A stretch of 64,000 bases of DNA from Candidatus Peregrinibacteria bacterium. Its GTDB lineage: Bacteria > Patescibacteriota > Gracilibacteria > UBA1369. The stretch covers positions 96,001 through 160,000 of the forward strand of contig OY970195.1 of NCBI GenBank assembly GCA_963708185.1, read 5' to 3'. Position numbers and translations under genes: made by a program. Of this stretch, positions 37,472 to 46,932 are shown piece after piece (the first letter of the stretch is position 1; the number at the start of each line of letters is the position of its first letter). Below the pieces are notes generated by a model. The model was not told where the DNA came from and did not search any database. It worked only from the letters and a program-made list of their open reading frames with translations.

Positions 37472-38200
37472 ATGCTTCAAAAACTTTTTCACAATCTCGG
37501 GGTCGAGGACAAAGAGGCGAAAATTTATCTGGCCGCTCTTGAAGCGGGGTCGAGTCCGGTTTCCGTTATCGCCTCAAAGGCCCGAATGAACCGCGTTACG
37601 GCGTACGGCGTCCTGGAGAAACTTGTCAAAAAGGGCATGGTCAGTTTCATGATCAAGCGCAACGTGAAGTATTTTCACGCCACCGATCCCGAGCTCCTGC
37701 TCAAGGAGTATCAGAAGCGTCTGCATGATCTTGAAAAGGCCTTGCCGGACCTGAAACGTCTTTATGGTGAAACTCCGCATCCCAAGGTGAACTACTTTGA
37801 GGGGGTTGACGGCATCAAGACGATTTATCAGGATACGTTGACGGCCAAAACGGAGATTCTGAACTTTTGTAACTCTCGGGTTATCCGCGAGTTCTGGCCG
37901 GAATACGACGAAGAGTACGTCCTGGGACGCGTTAAAAGAAAAATCTATTTGCGAGGCATCGCTCCCGACGACGAGTACGGAAAGAAGGTTACGAAGGAAG
38001 ATACGAGCATGTTGAGGGAGATCAGGCTCGTTCCCCGTCGCCGCTACAATTTCAGCAACGACGTCAACGTGTATGACGATAAAGTGGCGATCATTTCTTT
38101 CCAATTTGAACCGATCGGAATGATCATCGAAAACGCCGAAATCGCCGACACACAGAGGATGATTTTTAAAATGGCCTGGGATTTTGCCGGGACTTTTTAA
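37472..38200 (+). CDS. TrmB-family transcriptional regulator
   Basis: KEAKIYLAALE, NRVTAYGVLEKLVKKG, FEGVDG, VYDDKVAIIS. Confidence 0.88.
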   Translation: MLQKLFHNLGVEDKEAKIYLAALEAGSSPVSVIASKARMNRVTAYGVLEKLVKKGMVSFMIKRNVKYFHATDPELLLKEYQKRLHDLEKALPDLKRLYGETPHPKVNYFEGVDGIKTIYQDTLTAKTEILNFCNSRVIREFWPEYDEEYVLGRVKRKIYLRGIAPDDEYGKKVTKEDTSMLREIRLVPRRRYNFSNDVNVYDDKVAIISFQFEPIGMIIENAEIADTQRMIFKMAWDFAGTF

Positions 38201-38274
38201 AAAACTTCTTGCGCTTCGCTTCGTAATTTGATAAAAACGAAATTACGATGTTCTTTTTTACCCCAACGTTTTAA

Positions 38275-39669
38275 GTGAAAAAACGTCAGCGGCCGTCCGC
38301 GAAAAAAAATTACAAAAAAGTCTGGAAACTCGGCCAAAGGGAATTCAATACCCAGTACTTCGACATCAACAAAAACGGGGACCTCATCATACGCGAAGGG
38401 AACTATCAGTATAACGTGTATGATCTGGCGAAAAAGTTCGGTTCCTCCGTTGAGATTTTTTTGCCTTCCATTCTCGAAGAGCGCCTCCGCCATCTGTTCA
38501 GGACGGTGGCCATTAATACGAAACGTCTCAGCTATAAGGGCAGGTTCACGTACCATTTTCCGATGAAGGTGAACCAGAACAAGGAGTTCATGCTTCCTCT
38601 CGTCGCGGAAGGGGCCCATCTTGAATGTGCTTCCGCAAACGATCTCTGGATCGTGAAGAAACTGTGGGAAGGTGAAAACTTTCATTCCAAGATCAAGGTC
38701 CTCTGCAACGGCCCAAAGACGGAGCAGTACATCGCCCTGATCAAGAAACTCCGCGAGGCGGGACTGACGATCATCCCTATCATTGAAGACGCCGAAGAGC
38801 TCAAGCTTTTCAAAGGATTCAACGGGGATATGGGCATTCGCATCAATCTCCAGTCCAAGGTGAAGTCCCACTGGGACAAGAAGATCGACCGTTTCGGACT
38901 CATGCTCGACGAAATCCTGGAGCTGGGCAAGATCCGCAACCTCAAGGTTTTGCATTATCACATCGGTTCGCAGATTCTGGTGGAGAACGACATCATCGCC
39001 GCCCTCCGCGAAGCTTTTAACGCCTACCGCAAGATCCGTGAAATCAATCCTTCCCTGGATACCATCAATATGGGCGGCGGTTTCGCGATCCCTTATGAAA
39101 AGAAAAAGATGTACAGCGTCGAATCCGTGATCTACCGCACGATGAAGACGCTCAAGGATTTGAGTGAAAAGGCTGAGATTCCCGATCCCAACATCATCGT
39201 GGAATGGGGAAGGTACATCACCGCTCCCGCCCAGATCACCGTCTACCGCATTATCGGGTCCAAACCGATTCCGAACGCCGTCACCGCCAAACAGTGGTAC
39301 ATCATTGACGGCAGTTTCATGAACGACCTTCTGGATACCTGGGCCATTCACCAGAAATGGCACGTGACGCCCGTCAATCATATGGACGCCAAGCACCGCC
39401 ACCGCGTGTGGCTGGCCGGTCTGAGCTGCGATTCCGATGATAAATACGCGGCAAGCGACGGTTATCTATTGCTTCCTTCCCTCGACGATCTGGATGAAGG
39501 TGATTCCCAATACATCGCCATTTTCGATACCGGTGCGTACCAGGATGCGTTTTCTTCTCATCACTGTCTGCTTTCGTCTCCGGCAAAAATCGTGCTGCAA
39601 AACGGCATCGTCACGGTGGCCCGCCGAAGAGAAACTCCCGATGACGTGGGCAAGTTGTTCGGCTGGTAG
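38275..39669 (+). CDS. speA: arginine decarboxylase (fold III PLP enzyme)
   Basis: FPMKVNQ (PLP Lys), HYHIGSQ, MGGGF, EWGRY, SCDSDD, GAYQ; near aguA/aguB. Confidence 0.85.
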   Translation: MKKRQRPSAKKNYKKVWKLGQREFNTQYFDINKNGDLIIREGNYQYNVYDLAKKFGSSVEIFLPSILEERLRHLFRTVAINTKRLSYKGRFTYHFPMKVNQNKEFMLPLVAEGAHLECASANDLWIVKKLWEGENFHSKIKVLCNGPKTEQYIALIKKLREAGLTIIPIIEDAEELKLFKGFNGDMGIRINLQSKVKSHWDKKIDRFGLMLDEILELGKIRNLKVLHYHIGSQILVENDIIAALREAFNAYRKIREINPSLDTINMGGGFAIPYEKKKMYSVESVIYRTMKTLKDLSEKAEIPDPNIIVEWGRYITAPAQITVYRIIGSKPIPNAVTAKQWYIIDGSFMNDLLDTWAIHQKWHVTPVNHMDAKHRHRVWLAGLSCDSDDKYAASDGYLLLPSLDDLDEGDSQYIAIFDTGAYQDAFSSHHCLLSSPAKIVLQNGIVTVARRRETPDDVGKLFGW

Positions 39670-39700
39670 GATGATGTGATCAATGAACTCAGGGGCGGGC

Positions 39701-41965
39701 TTACGCCGCATCCTGGAGTTTGACGCGCAGATCGTCGTTCGCGGCTTCGGTGTTGAGTTTTTCGATGTCTTTCTGGTTCAGTTTTTCCCCGCGTTCCTTG
39801 AGCGACCGGGCTGCGCGAGCCGCCAGCTCTTTTTGGAGTTTGTCCTGCTGCTGGTCGACCTTTTCGCGGGCCTTTTTGGCGTTGACGAGTTCGCCGCTGT
39901 CGCGGTTGTTAAGCTGGAGGTGGTGGAGGTTGCGGCCTTTCTCCCCCCGGTTTTTGGTGACCTCTTTCTGGAGTTCGTAGACGTTGAGTTTGCCAACCTG
40001 TTTGACGTCGACTTTATTGATTGTTTGGGCTTTGCCCTCTTTGGTCAGTACCATGTTGCCCCCGGTATGGCCGATGAGTTTTTCGTTGAGTTCACGTTCG
40101 AATTCGGTGCCGAGATGTTTCTCTTTCTTGCGGCTGTCAACGGTGTTGGCGTTGTACAGTTCGCTTTTGGCGGCCAGTCCTGTGATTTCATCGGCGATGG
40201 TCTGATGCTTGATTTTAGCCTTCATCACTTCGCCCTGTTTGGCCTTTTCCAGAGCTTGGGATGTTTCAGTATCGCTGAGGTTTCTTTCGGGCTGTTCTTC
40301 GGGAATGGTGGTGTCGGGGAAAGTCGTTTTGAATTTTGCGACAAGGCGCTGATGGTTGCTTTTGGCGATGTCGTCGTCGGGTTCGAGTTTGAGCAGTTTT
40401 TCGTAGGCGTGGATGGCTTCCGCCCATTTCCGTTTTTTGAGATCCGCGTTGACGGCGTTGTTGCCTTCGCGTTCACTCTGCATGGCTTCGTTGCTGAGTC
40501 CGGCGATCATCTTCCCCTTCTCGGTGGATTCCGGGGATTCTTCCGCCATCTCGCTCTCTTCGATGCCGAGCAGCTTGCCGATGAGTTTGACGCGGTCGTG
40601 ATAGCCCATTTCGTAGAATGCGGCGTTTTTCTCCTGAACGTCCTTGGGCACGTCCGTACGGAATTTTTCGGTGACTTCTTTACGTTTGGCGAGTTCATGG
40701 GTTTCGAATTTTTCCATCCAGTCATGCTTTTCGGCTACGGTGATGTCTTTGAACTCTTTCATGAAATCGTTCGCGGTGGCCTGGCTCATGTATTTTTTTG
40801 CAACGGCGTCCTTGAGCCTTGCTCCGTATTCCACGGCCATTTTTTCGCCGCTTTCATGCAGTTTTTGCGCTTCTTCGACGGCCTTGGTTTTTTCCTCGAA
40901 GTCGAGCTGATAAAAGTTGTTGAACCCGAGTTTCTTTTGGACGTCGAGTTTCACCCCGTCGGACATGGCTTCGTATTTCTTGCTGATCTCGGCGGTCTTT
41001 TTCAGGTGGCCGGGGAGGCTCTTGAGCATGATGATGCGCGTTTCGGTCGGACTCTGTCTCCACCACTTCATGGCTTCGGCACGGTCTTTTTCCGAAAAGT
41101 ATTTGGCGTTGGGATCGTTGTTGAGGACGTCCAGATGAGATTCCTCCAGGGCCTTCTCCATTTTCTGGAGGATGATGTGGCGTTGATTCCTGCGCGCTTC
41201 GAAGAAGCTCGGGAATTTATCCTGGATTTCCCGAGGATACGCTTTGAATTTCTCGGTGACTTCGGCTTTGCGTTTGATCTCACCAGAAAATTCGCCGATC
41301 CAGCGCTGTTGTTCCGCTACCGTCTTGAGTTCCTTGAACTGGGTCATATACTCTTCTTCAGACTCTTTGCTGAAGTGCTCGCGGTTGGCTTCGATAAGCC
41401 CGCGGTAGGTTTTTATGTTTTCACTTCTCTTCTTGAGTTCCTCGACGTAAGCTTTTTTCTCCTTGCCGGTCATGCGGCGGAAATCGGAAACTTTCTCGGG
41501 GGAGTGTTGGAGAACTTCTTTATAAAGCGTTTCAAGCCAGTCAAGGTTCCCGCGGAGGTTTTTTACGTAGGTTTTCTTTTCTTCCGTGGAAAGTGCCTTA
41601 AAACGTTTGAGATGATCTTCCACGATCAGTTTGTTGTCGATGTTGCGTTCCGAAGTCAGGCCCTGGACGAAATTGTCGATGAGATTCTTATTTTCGTCGA
41701 TGACGGATTTGACCTTGTTGGCGACCTGGATGATGCTTTGTTTGTCCGTGCTGTTGCGGTCCAGTTCGCGTTGGAGCTCATTGGCGTCTTTTTCGTTGAG
41801 GATCCCATCCATGCGGGCTTTTGACATTTCCTCTCCGATGTCGCGACGGATGTCATTGATGTCTTCGATGGTTGTGGCGTCGATGCCGCTATCGTTGACG
41901 GCAAGTGACTCGATCTGCTCTTCGGTGATGTCGTCGTGGTTTTCAAGTCGTACTGATCTTCCCAT
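39701..41965 (-). CDS. large helical repeat protein with a TPR-like segment
   Basis: 754 aa, highly charged; recurring F/W-x-x-hydrophobic-x-x-x-E/D-K/R units; WAEAIHAYEKLLKLEPDD. Confidence 0.75.
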   Translation of the reverse strand: MGRSVRLENHDDITEEQIESLAVNDSGIDATTIEDINDIRRDIGEEMSKARMDGILNEKDANELQRELDRNSTDKQSIIQVANKVKSVIDENKNLIDNFVQGLTSERNIDNKLIVEDHLKRFKALSTEEKKTYVKNLRGNLDWLETLYKEVLQHSPEKVSDFRRMTGKEKKAYVEELKKRSENIKTYRGLIEANREHFSKESEEEYMTQFKELKTVAEQQRWIGEFSGEIKRKAEVTEKFKAYPREIQDKFPSFFEARRNQRHIILQKMEKALEESHLDVLNNDPNAKYFSEKDRAEAMKWWRQSPTETRIIMLKSLPGHLKKTAEISKKYEAMSDGVKLDVQKKLGFNNFYQLDFEEKTKAVEEAQKLHESGEKMAVEYGARLKDAVAKKYMSQATANDFMKEFKDITVAEKHDWMEKFETHELAKRKEVTEKFRTDVPKDVQEKNAAFYEMGYHDRVKLIGKLLGIEESEMAEESPESTEKGKMIAGLSNEAMQSEREGNNAVNADLKKRKWAEAIHAYEKLLKLEPDDDIAKSNHQRLVAKFKTTFPDTTIPEEQPERNLSDTETSQALEKAKQGEVMKAKIKHQTIADEITGLAAKSELYNANTVDSRKKEKHLGTEFERELNEKLIGHTGGNMVLTKEGKAQTINKVDVKQVGKLNVYELQKEVTKNRGEKGRNLHHLQLNNRDSGELVNAKKAREKVDQQQDKLQKELAARAARSLKERGEKLNQKDIEKLNTEAANDDLRVKLQDAA

Positions 41966-41977
41966 AATGATTGGATG

Positions 41978-44158
41978 TTATTGAATTGAATTGGCTGCCG
42001 AGGATTGGATCGGCGGCAGGCTGACTTCCCGGGCTTTGGAGACCGGGACGGTTTTGGCTTTGGACAGGCCTTTCTCGTCGAAAGGGAGTGAGGCCTGTTC
42101 GTTGTCCGGTTGTTCTTTCTGGAGAGCGACTTCGTGTTTGAGAACCTGGATGTCGCGACTTTTGTTGCGGTAGATGGTGATGCCTTTGCATCCCAGTTCG
42201 TAGGCAAGGAGGTAGGCTTTCTTGACGTCTTCGATCGTCGCGTCGTTGGGGAAATTGATGGTTTTGGAAATGGCGTTGTCGGTGAATTTCTGGAATGCCG
42301 CCTGTATTTTGACGTGCCATTCCGGGGCAATGTCTTCACTGGTGACGTAGATCTTTTTCATGTCCGCGGGGACTTCCCGGACGGACTGGACCGATCCGTT
42401 GTTGAGGGCGATCTTGCGCATGAGGTCCTTGTTGTAGAGTTTGCGCTGCATGAGCTCTTTTTCAAAATAGCGGTTGGTGTAGATGAGCTCGCTTTTGTCG
42501 AGGACCTCTTTGGTGTAGACGATGGCATAAAGCGGTTCGATGCCGAAGGAACATTCCGCGATCATGGCGATGGTTCCCGTTGGCGCGATGGTCGTGACGG
42601 TGGCGTTGCGCATGGCCTTGAAGCCTTTGCCGGGATAGACGCTCTTTGGAAAGTTCGGGAACGAGCCACGTTGTTCCCCGAGCGTTACCGATGCTTTCTT
42701 GGCGTGGGTTTCGATGAACTCCATGAGTTTCCCGGCGAGTTTGATGCCTTCATCGGAATCGTAAGGGATTGTAAGCTGGACGAGGAGGTCGGCAAAACCC
42801 ATCATGCCGAGGCCGATCTTGCGGTTGGCCCGGACGATGTCGCTGATTTCCGGGAGCAGATAGTTGCTGACGTCGATGACGTTGTCCAGGAAATGGACGG
42901 CGCTTTCCACGGTTTGGGCCAGCCGTTCCCAGTCCACGTCGTCGTTTTTGGCGAAACGGGCCACATTGATCGAGCCGAGGTTGCAGGCTTCGAAAGCCAG
43001 CAGCGGTTGTTCGCCGCAGGGGTTGGTGGCTTCGAGTTTACCAACCGCCGGTGTGGGGTTGTCTTTTTCGATCCGGTCAAGGAAGACGAGTCCCGGTTCG
43101 CCGTTCTTCCAGGCGCTTGCGATGATGAGTTCGAATACGCCGCGGGCATTCAGCCGGTTGACGGCCTCGCCGGTATGAGGATCGATGAGATCGTAATCCT
43201 TGTTTTCTTCCACGGCCTTCATGAACTCGTCGGTGACTCCGACGGAAATGTTGAAGTTGGTGATCTTGTTCTCGTTCTCCTTGCAGGTGATGAACTCGAG
43301 GATGTCAGGATGATTGACGTTGAGGATGCCCATGTTGGCGCCGCGGCGTTTTCCGCCCGATTTCATGGTGGAGGTCGAAGTGTCGAATACCCGCATGAAC
43401 GAAACCGGCCCTGAGGCCGTGCCATGCGTGGTTTCAACGTAATCGCCCCTGGGTCTGATCTTGGAAAAGTTGAAGCCTGTGCCGCCTCCGGTCTGGTGGA
43501 TCATGGCGGTTTTTTTGACGGCCTCAAAAATGCTTTCGATGCTGTCTTCGACGTTGATGACGAAGCAGCCCGCAAGCTGCGGCCGTTGGGTTCCGGCATT
43601 CATGAGGGTCGGGCTGTTGGGCAGGAAATCGAGGTTCATGAGCATCTCGTAGAATTTCTGTTCGGTCTGTTCGGCGTTGGAGCCTTTGTAGTTCTTGTCG
43701 GCCTGACCGATGGCGTGGGCGACGCGACGCATCATGCCTTCGGGCGTTTCGATGACGTTATGGTTTTCGTCGCGGAGCAGGTAGCGCTGCTTGAGGACCT
43801 TGATGGCGTTGACGGAAAATTTGCTCGAAGTTTCCATTCCGAGGATATCGGCTTTTTCGTCGCGCATTTCCTGGTGTTTTTCGCGATAGAGGATGTACGC
43901 TTTTGCCGTCTTGGCGTGTCCGCTTTCAATAAGGATTTTTTCAACGAAATCCTGGATCTGTTCTACCGTGGGAATATTGTTTTTATCCTTAAAAAAAACT
44001 TCGAGCACCGTGGCGACCTGGTTTGAAATTTTTTCGGCAAGGGCATGGTCGGTTCCTCCGACGCTCTGGGCCGCTTTCCAGATGGCTTCGGTAATTTTAT
44101 TCTGGTCGAATTTTACGATCGACCCGTCCCTTTTTTGAACATGACGAATTGGTGCCAT
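41978..44158 (-). CDS. nrdJ: class II (B12-dependent) ribonucleotide reductase with N-terminal ATP cone
   Basis: KRDG ATP cone, PNSPTLMNAG, AGCF, NPCGEQPL, CNLGSIN, TIAPTGT, GCKGITIYR. Confidence 0.93.
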   Translation of the reverse strand: MAPIRHVQKRDGSIVKFDQNKITEAIWKAAQSVGGTDHALAEKISNQVATVLEVFFKDKNNIPTVEQIQDFVEKILIESGHAKTAKAYILYREKHQEMRDEKADILGMETSSKFSVNAIKVLKQRYLLRDENHNVIETPEGMMRRVAHAIGQADKNYKGSNAEQTEQKFYEMLMNLDFLPNSPTLMNAGTQRPQLAGCFVINVEDSIESIFEAVKKTAMIHQTGGGTGFNFSKIRPRGDYVETTHGTASGPVSFMRVFDTSTSTMKSGGKRRGANMGILNVNHPDILEFITCKENENKITNFNISVGVTDEFMKAVEENKDYDLIDPHTGEAVNRLNARGVFELIIASAWKNGEPGLVFLDRIEKDNPTPAVGKLEATNPCGEQPLLAFEACNLGSINVARFAKNDDVDWERLAQTVESAVHFLDNVIDVSNYLLPEISDIVRANRKIGLGMMGFADLLVQLTIPYDSDEGIKLAGKLMEFIETHAKKASVTLGEQRGSFPNFPKSVYPGKGFKAMRNATVTTIAPTGTIAMIAECSFGIEPLYAIVYTKEVLDKSELIYTNRYFEKELMQRKLYNKDLMRKIALNNGSVQSVREVPADMKKIYVTSEDIAPEWHVKIQAAFQKFTDNAISKTINFPNDATIEDVKKAYLLAYELGCKGITIYRNKSRDIQVLKHEVALQKEQPDNEQASLPFDEKGLSKAKTVPVSKAREVSLPPIQSSAANSIQ

Positions 44159-44255
44159 ATATTGATGATATCGTGCTTTAGAATCGTAGCAAATGGCCCC
44201 CGGCAATGGAAGATGTATCCCCAAAGAGAGGTTGACGCGGAGAAGGTATTTTGTG

Positions 44256-45230
44256 CTAGCTGTTTTCCGCTTTTTTTACCGTCCAGACGGTCTCTTTCCT
44301 GAGTCCGCCTTCAAGGGTGAATCCTGAAGCTTTTTTATGACCGCCTCCGCCGAACATTCCGGCCATTTCGCTGAGGTTGATGTTGTTTTTGCGCGTTCGG
44401 AACGATCCGCGAACGTTGCCGTTGCCGTCTTCCACCAGGAGCGTGGCGAATTCGGCGTCCTTGACGGTGCTGAGGTAATCGATGATACCGCTGGTTTCAG
44501 AGCTGGAAGCGTTGCAGGAACAAAGTTCGCTCTGGGTAATGCCCGAAACCACGACGTTGTTTGGCGTGACTTTCATGCCGTCGAGAATTTTCCCCCAGGT
44601 CCGGAGCTGTTCGAAGCTGCGGTTTTTGTACATGTTTTTGACGATGGTTTCCATGTCGGCCCCAAGGATCATGAGTTCGGCGGCGGTCTGATAGACTTCA
44701 TCCGTGGTGTTGGAGTGCATGAAGCTCCCGGTGTCATAATAGAGTCCGCTCAACAGACAGGTAGCCATGGCGGGGGTCAGGTCGACGTTGAAGGTCTTGA
44801 GGAGGTTATAGATGATGAGTGTGGTCGAAGCCGCGTCGTTAATGATCAGATTGACGCTTCCGTAGCCGTTGTTCGAGGGGTGATGGTCGATGTTGATGAT
44901 CGGTTTTTTACTCTCGTGAATTTCAGGTTGAAGATCGAGAAATCCGGTCTGCGAGGTCGACCCGGCGTCTACGCAGATGATGAGGTCCGTGGCGACGAGG
45001 TCGAAACTGTTCTGGTAGGTTCCGGCTTTGCGCAGAAAGTGAAGTTCTTTGGGAATCGGATCGACGCACGCGGAAATGACCTGCTTGTGCATGCTTTCAA
45101 GCAGTTGTCTCAGAGCCAGGTTGCTGCCGATGGAATCCGCGTCCGGGTTGCGGTGTGAAACGATGACGATGTTTTGCGCTTTCTGGCATTCGTTCCATAT
45201 TTCGGCGGCAATGGACGGGGCGATTTCCAT
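44256..45230 (-). CDS. nrnA: DHH/DHHA1 phosphoesterase (oligoribonuclease/pAp phosphatase)
   Basis: HRNPDADSIGS, NIDHH, DTGSF, GGGGHKKASG. Confidence 0.92.
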   Translation of the reverse strand: MEIAPSIAAEIWNECQKAQNIVIVSHRNPDADSIGSNLALRQLLESMHKQVISACVDPIPKELHFLRKAGTYQNSFDLVATDLIICVDAGSTSQTGFLDLQPEIHESKKPIINIDHHPSNNGYGSVNLIINDAASTTLIIYNLLKTFNVDLTPAMATCLLSGLYYDTGSFMHSNTTDEVYQTAAELMILGADMETIVKNMYKNRSFEQLRTWGKILDGMKVTPNNVVVSGITQSELCSCNASSSETSGIIDYLSTVKDAEFATLLVEDGNGNVRGSFRTRKNNINLSEMAGMFGGGGHKKASGFTLEGGLRKETVWTVKKAENS

Positions 45231-45363
45231 GAAAGGTCTGTGGTAAGGAGACACAGGAAATTACCTTAACCTTTGGCGTGATGGGGAACAAGTTGAACTG
45301 GAAAAATCCTCTTGATCGATCGAAAAGAGGTTTCGTCATGATGCTTTCGAACTTCGGACGTCG

Positions 45364-45585
45364 TCAGGCCTCCGGAGGATAAACCTGTTTCCCCGAGTCT
45401 TCGTCAGTCAGGATGATGGCGCGCGTCGGGCAGGCTTCAGCGGCCAGCTTGATCGTTTCGTCGTCAGCGCCATGCGCATCGATGATGATGGCTTTTCCTT
45501 CTTCATCCAGCTGAAATACGGATCCGGCGATAGCGACGCAGGGTGCTGCTCCAATGCAAAGTTCACGATCAACAACGACTTTCAT
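45364..45585 (-). CDS. monocluster ferredoxin
   Basis: CIGAAPC...AAEACP; the second Cys is replaced by Ala, as in 3Fe-4S types. Confidence 0.88.
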   Translation of the reverse strand: MKVVVDRELCIGAAPCVAIAGSVFQLDEEGKAIIIDAHGADDETIKLAAEACPTRAIILTDEDSGKQVYPPEA

Positions 45586-45639
45586 ATTTGGGGGTCAAAT
45601 GCCCACAGAAGATAGACAAAAGCCACTTTTTTGTAAAGT

Positions 45640-46146
45640 TTACTTTTTGACTTTATCGTAGGTCCAGTAAACCTCCACCGGTTTATCTTTTTTTGACCAT
45701 TTGATGTCCAGTTTGCCGCCTTTGTAGGCATTTGAAACAGCTTTGCCGATTTTTACGGCGAGCTGGTTGATGGTGGTGTAAACCATGATACCTTTGCTGT
45801 TGTCTTCGATGCGTTCAATGCGGTTCAGAATGTTTTTGTTCTCGGCTTCTTTTCCCATGTTGTTCACGAGGTTCAGGATGTCTTTTTTATGTGCCTTTAC
45901 CCCTAGGCCGCTCAGATGAAGTACTCCGTCGGAAATGTGGCTGATTTTTTCATGGCAGGCGGGGCAGATGCTTATTTTAAGCTGGTCCACCATTTTCGGA
46001 TTCATGTCACGGAAAGGCATCCAGGATTTACTGTCATAAACGGCCTGGCACTGGCGGCAGATCAGTTTTGTCCGGGTGTTCTTTTTACCTTTCAGAAATG
46101 TCGAGGCTCTGCTGTTTGGTTCTGATTTGCTTTTGCGTGATGGCAT
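45640..46146 (-). CDS. BCAM0308/NMD3-like zinc-ribbon protein
   Basis: CRQC...CPAC, GVLHLSG, TTINQLAVKIGKA, VYW. Confidence 0.7.
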   Translation of the reverse strand: MPSRKSKSEPNSRASTFLKGKKNTRTKLICRQCQAVYDSKSWMPFRDMNPKMVDQLKISICPACHEKISHISDGVLHLSGLGVKAHKKDILNLVNNMGKEAENKNILNRIERIEDNSKGIMVYTTINQLAVKIGKAVSNAYKGGKLDIKWSKKDKPVEVYWTYDKVKK

Positions 46147-46203
46147 GGGAGTTGGTGGATATAAAGAATAGAGGGTGAAGGGGAACTCTGTGTTATGCGA
46201 CGT

Positions 46204-46806
46204 TTAGTTCTTGGGGACCATGCTCATGACTTTCTTGTAGAGGTCGTTCGCCGAATCCCAGTTGAGGTTCTTCATGTAGTCCTCAATGTAGGATTTGCGA
46301 TCCGAACCGTAGTCGATGAAGTACGCGTGCTCGTACATGTCCAGAACGATCAGCGGCATCGCACCCCAGATGCCACCGTGGTTGTGGGCGTCGCAAAGGT
46401 AGTTGTGGAGGCGCGCGTCGTTGAAGTCGTAGGCCAGGACCACCCATCCGCGGGCGACCATGCCGGAAGCTTTGAAGTCTTCCAGCCATTTGTCGTAAGA
46501 ACCGAATTCGGCTTCGATGGCCTTTACCAGATCACCGCCCTGTTGGCCTTCACCACCGAGGACGTTGAAATAGTACTCGTGGAGGAAGATGCCGTTGGCG
46601 GCAAAACTTTCTTCACGCTTGAGTTCGCCGTATTCGCTGTAGGTTGCATTGGCGAGGGAACGGTCCGCTTTGGCGAGTTTTTCTTCGATTTCGTTTCGTT
46701 TGTTGACGTAGCCGACATAAAGTTTGTCATGATGGATCATCATGGTTTTTTCGGAAATACCCGTCAGCTGTTTGCGGAAAGGTAATGGTTTTGCTTCGTA
46801 TTTCAT
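46204..46806 (-). CDS. sod: Fe/Mn superoxide dismutase
   Basis: HHDKLYVGYV, LHEYYF, LDMYEHAY. Confidence 0.93.
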   Translation of the reverse strand: MKYEAKPLPFRKQLTGISEKTMMIHHDKLYVGYVNKRNEIEEKLAKADRSLANATYSEYGELKREESFAANGIFLHEYYFNVLGGEGQQGGDLVKAIEAEFGSYDKWLEDFKASGMVARGWVVLAYDFNDARLHNYLCDAHNHGGIWGAMPLIVLDMYEHAYFIDYGSDRKSYIEDYMKNLNWDSANDLYKKVMSMVPKN

Positions 46807-46932
46807 GAACTTGGAATTAAGAGATAAAATCGCACTTTGGGATGGGACCGCGTCGGATTCGTCTCGTATGCTGTGCTCTTTAAAAGGGTACGAGAAAAGA
46901 GCGGTTTTGGCAAGGGGGGATTCATCGGAATC

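Noticed and set aside
39683-41824. 713-aa ORF on the + strand
   Set aside because: Antisense shadow of the 754-aa minus-strand gene; its F/L/V-rich composition is what reversed K/E-rich codons produce
45231-45363. Possible riboswitch upstream of nrnA (also the leaders at 2599-2674 and 46807-46900)
   Set aside because: Some hairpin potential but no recognisable aptamer consensus
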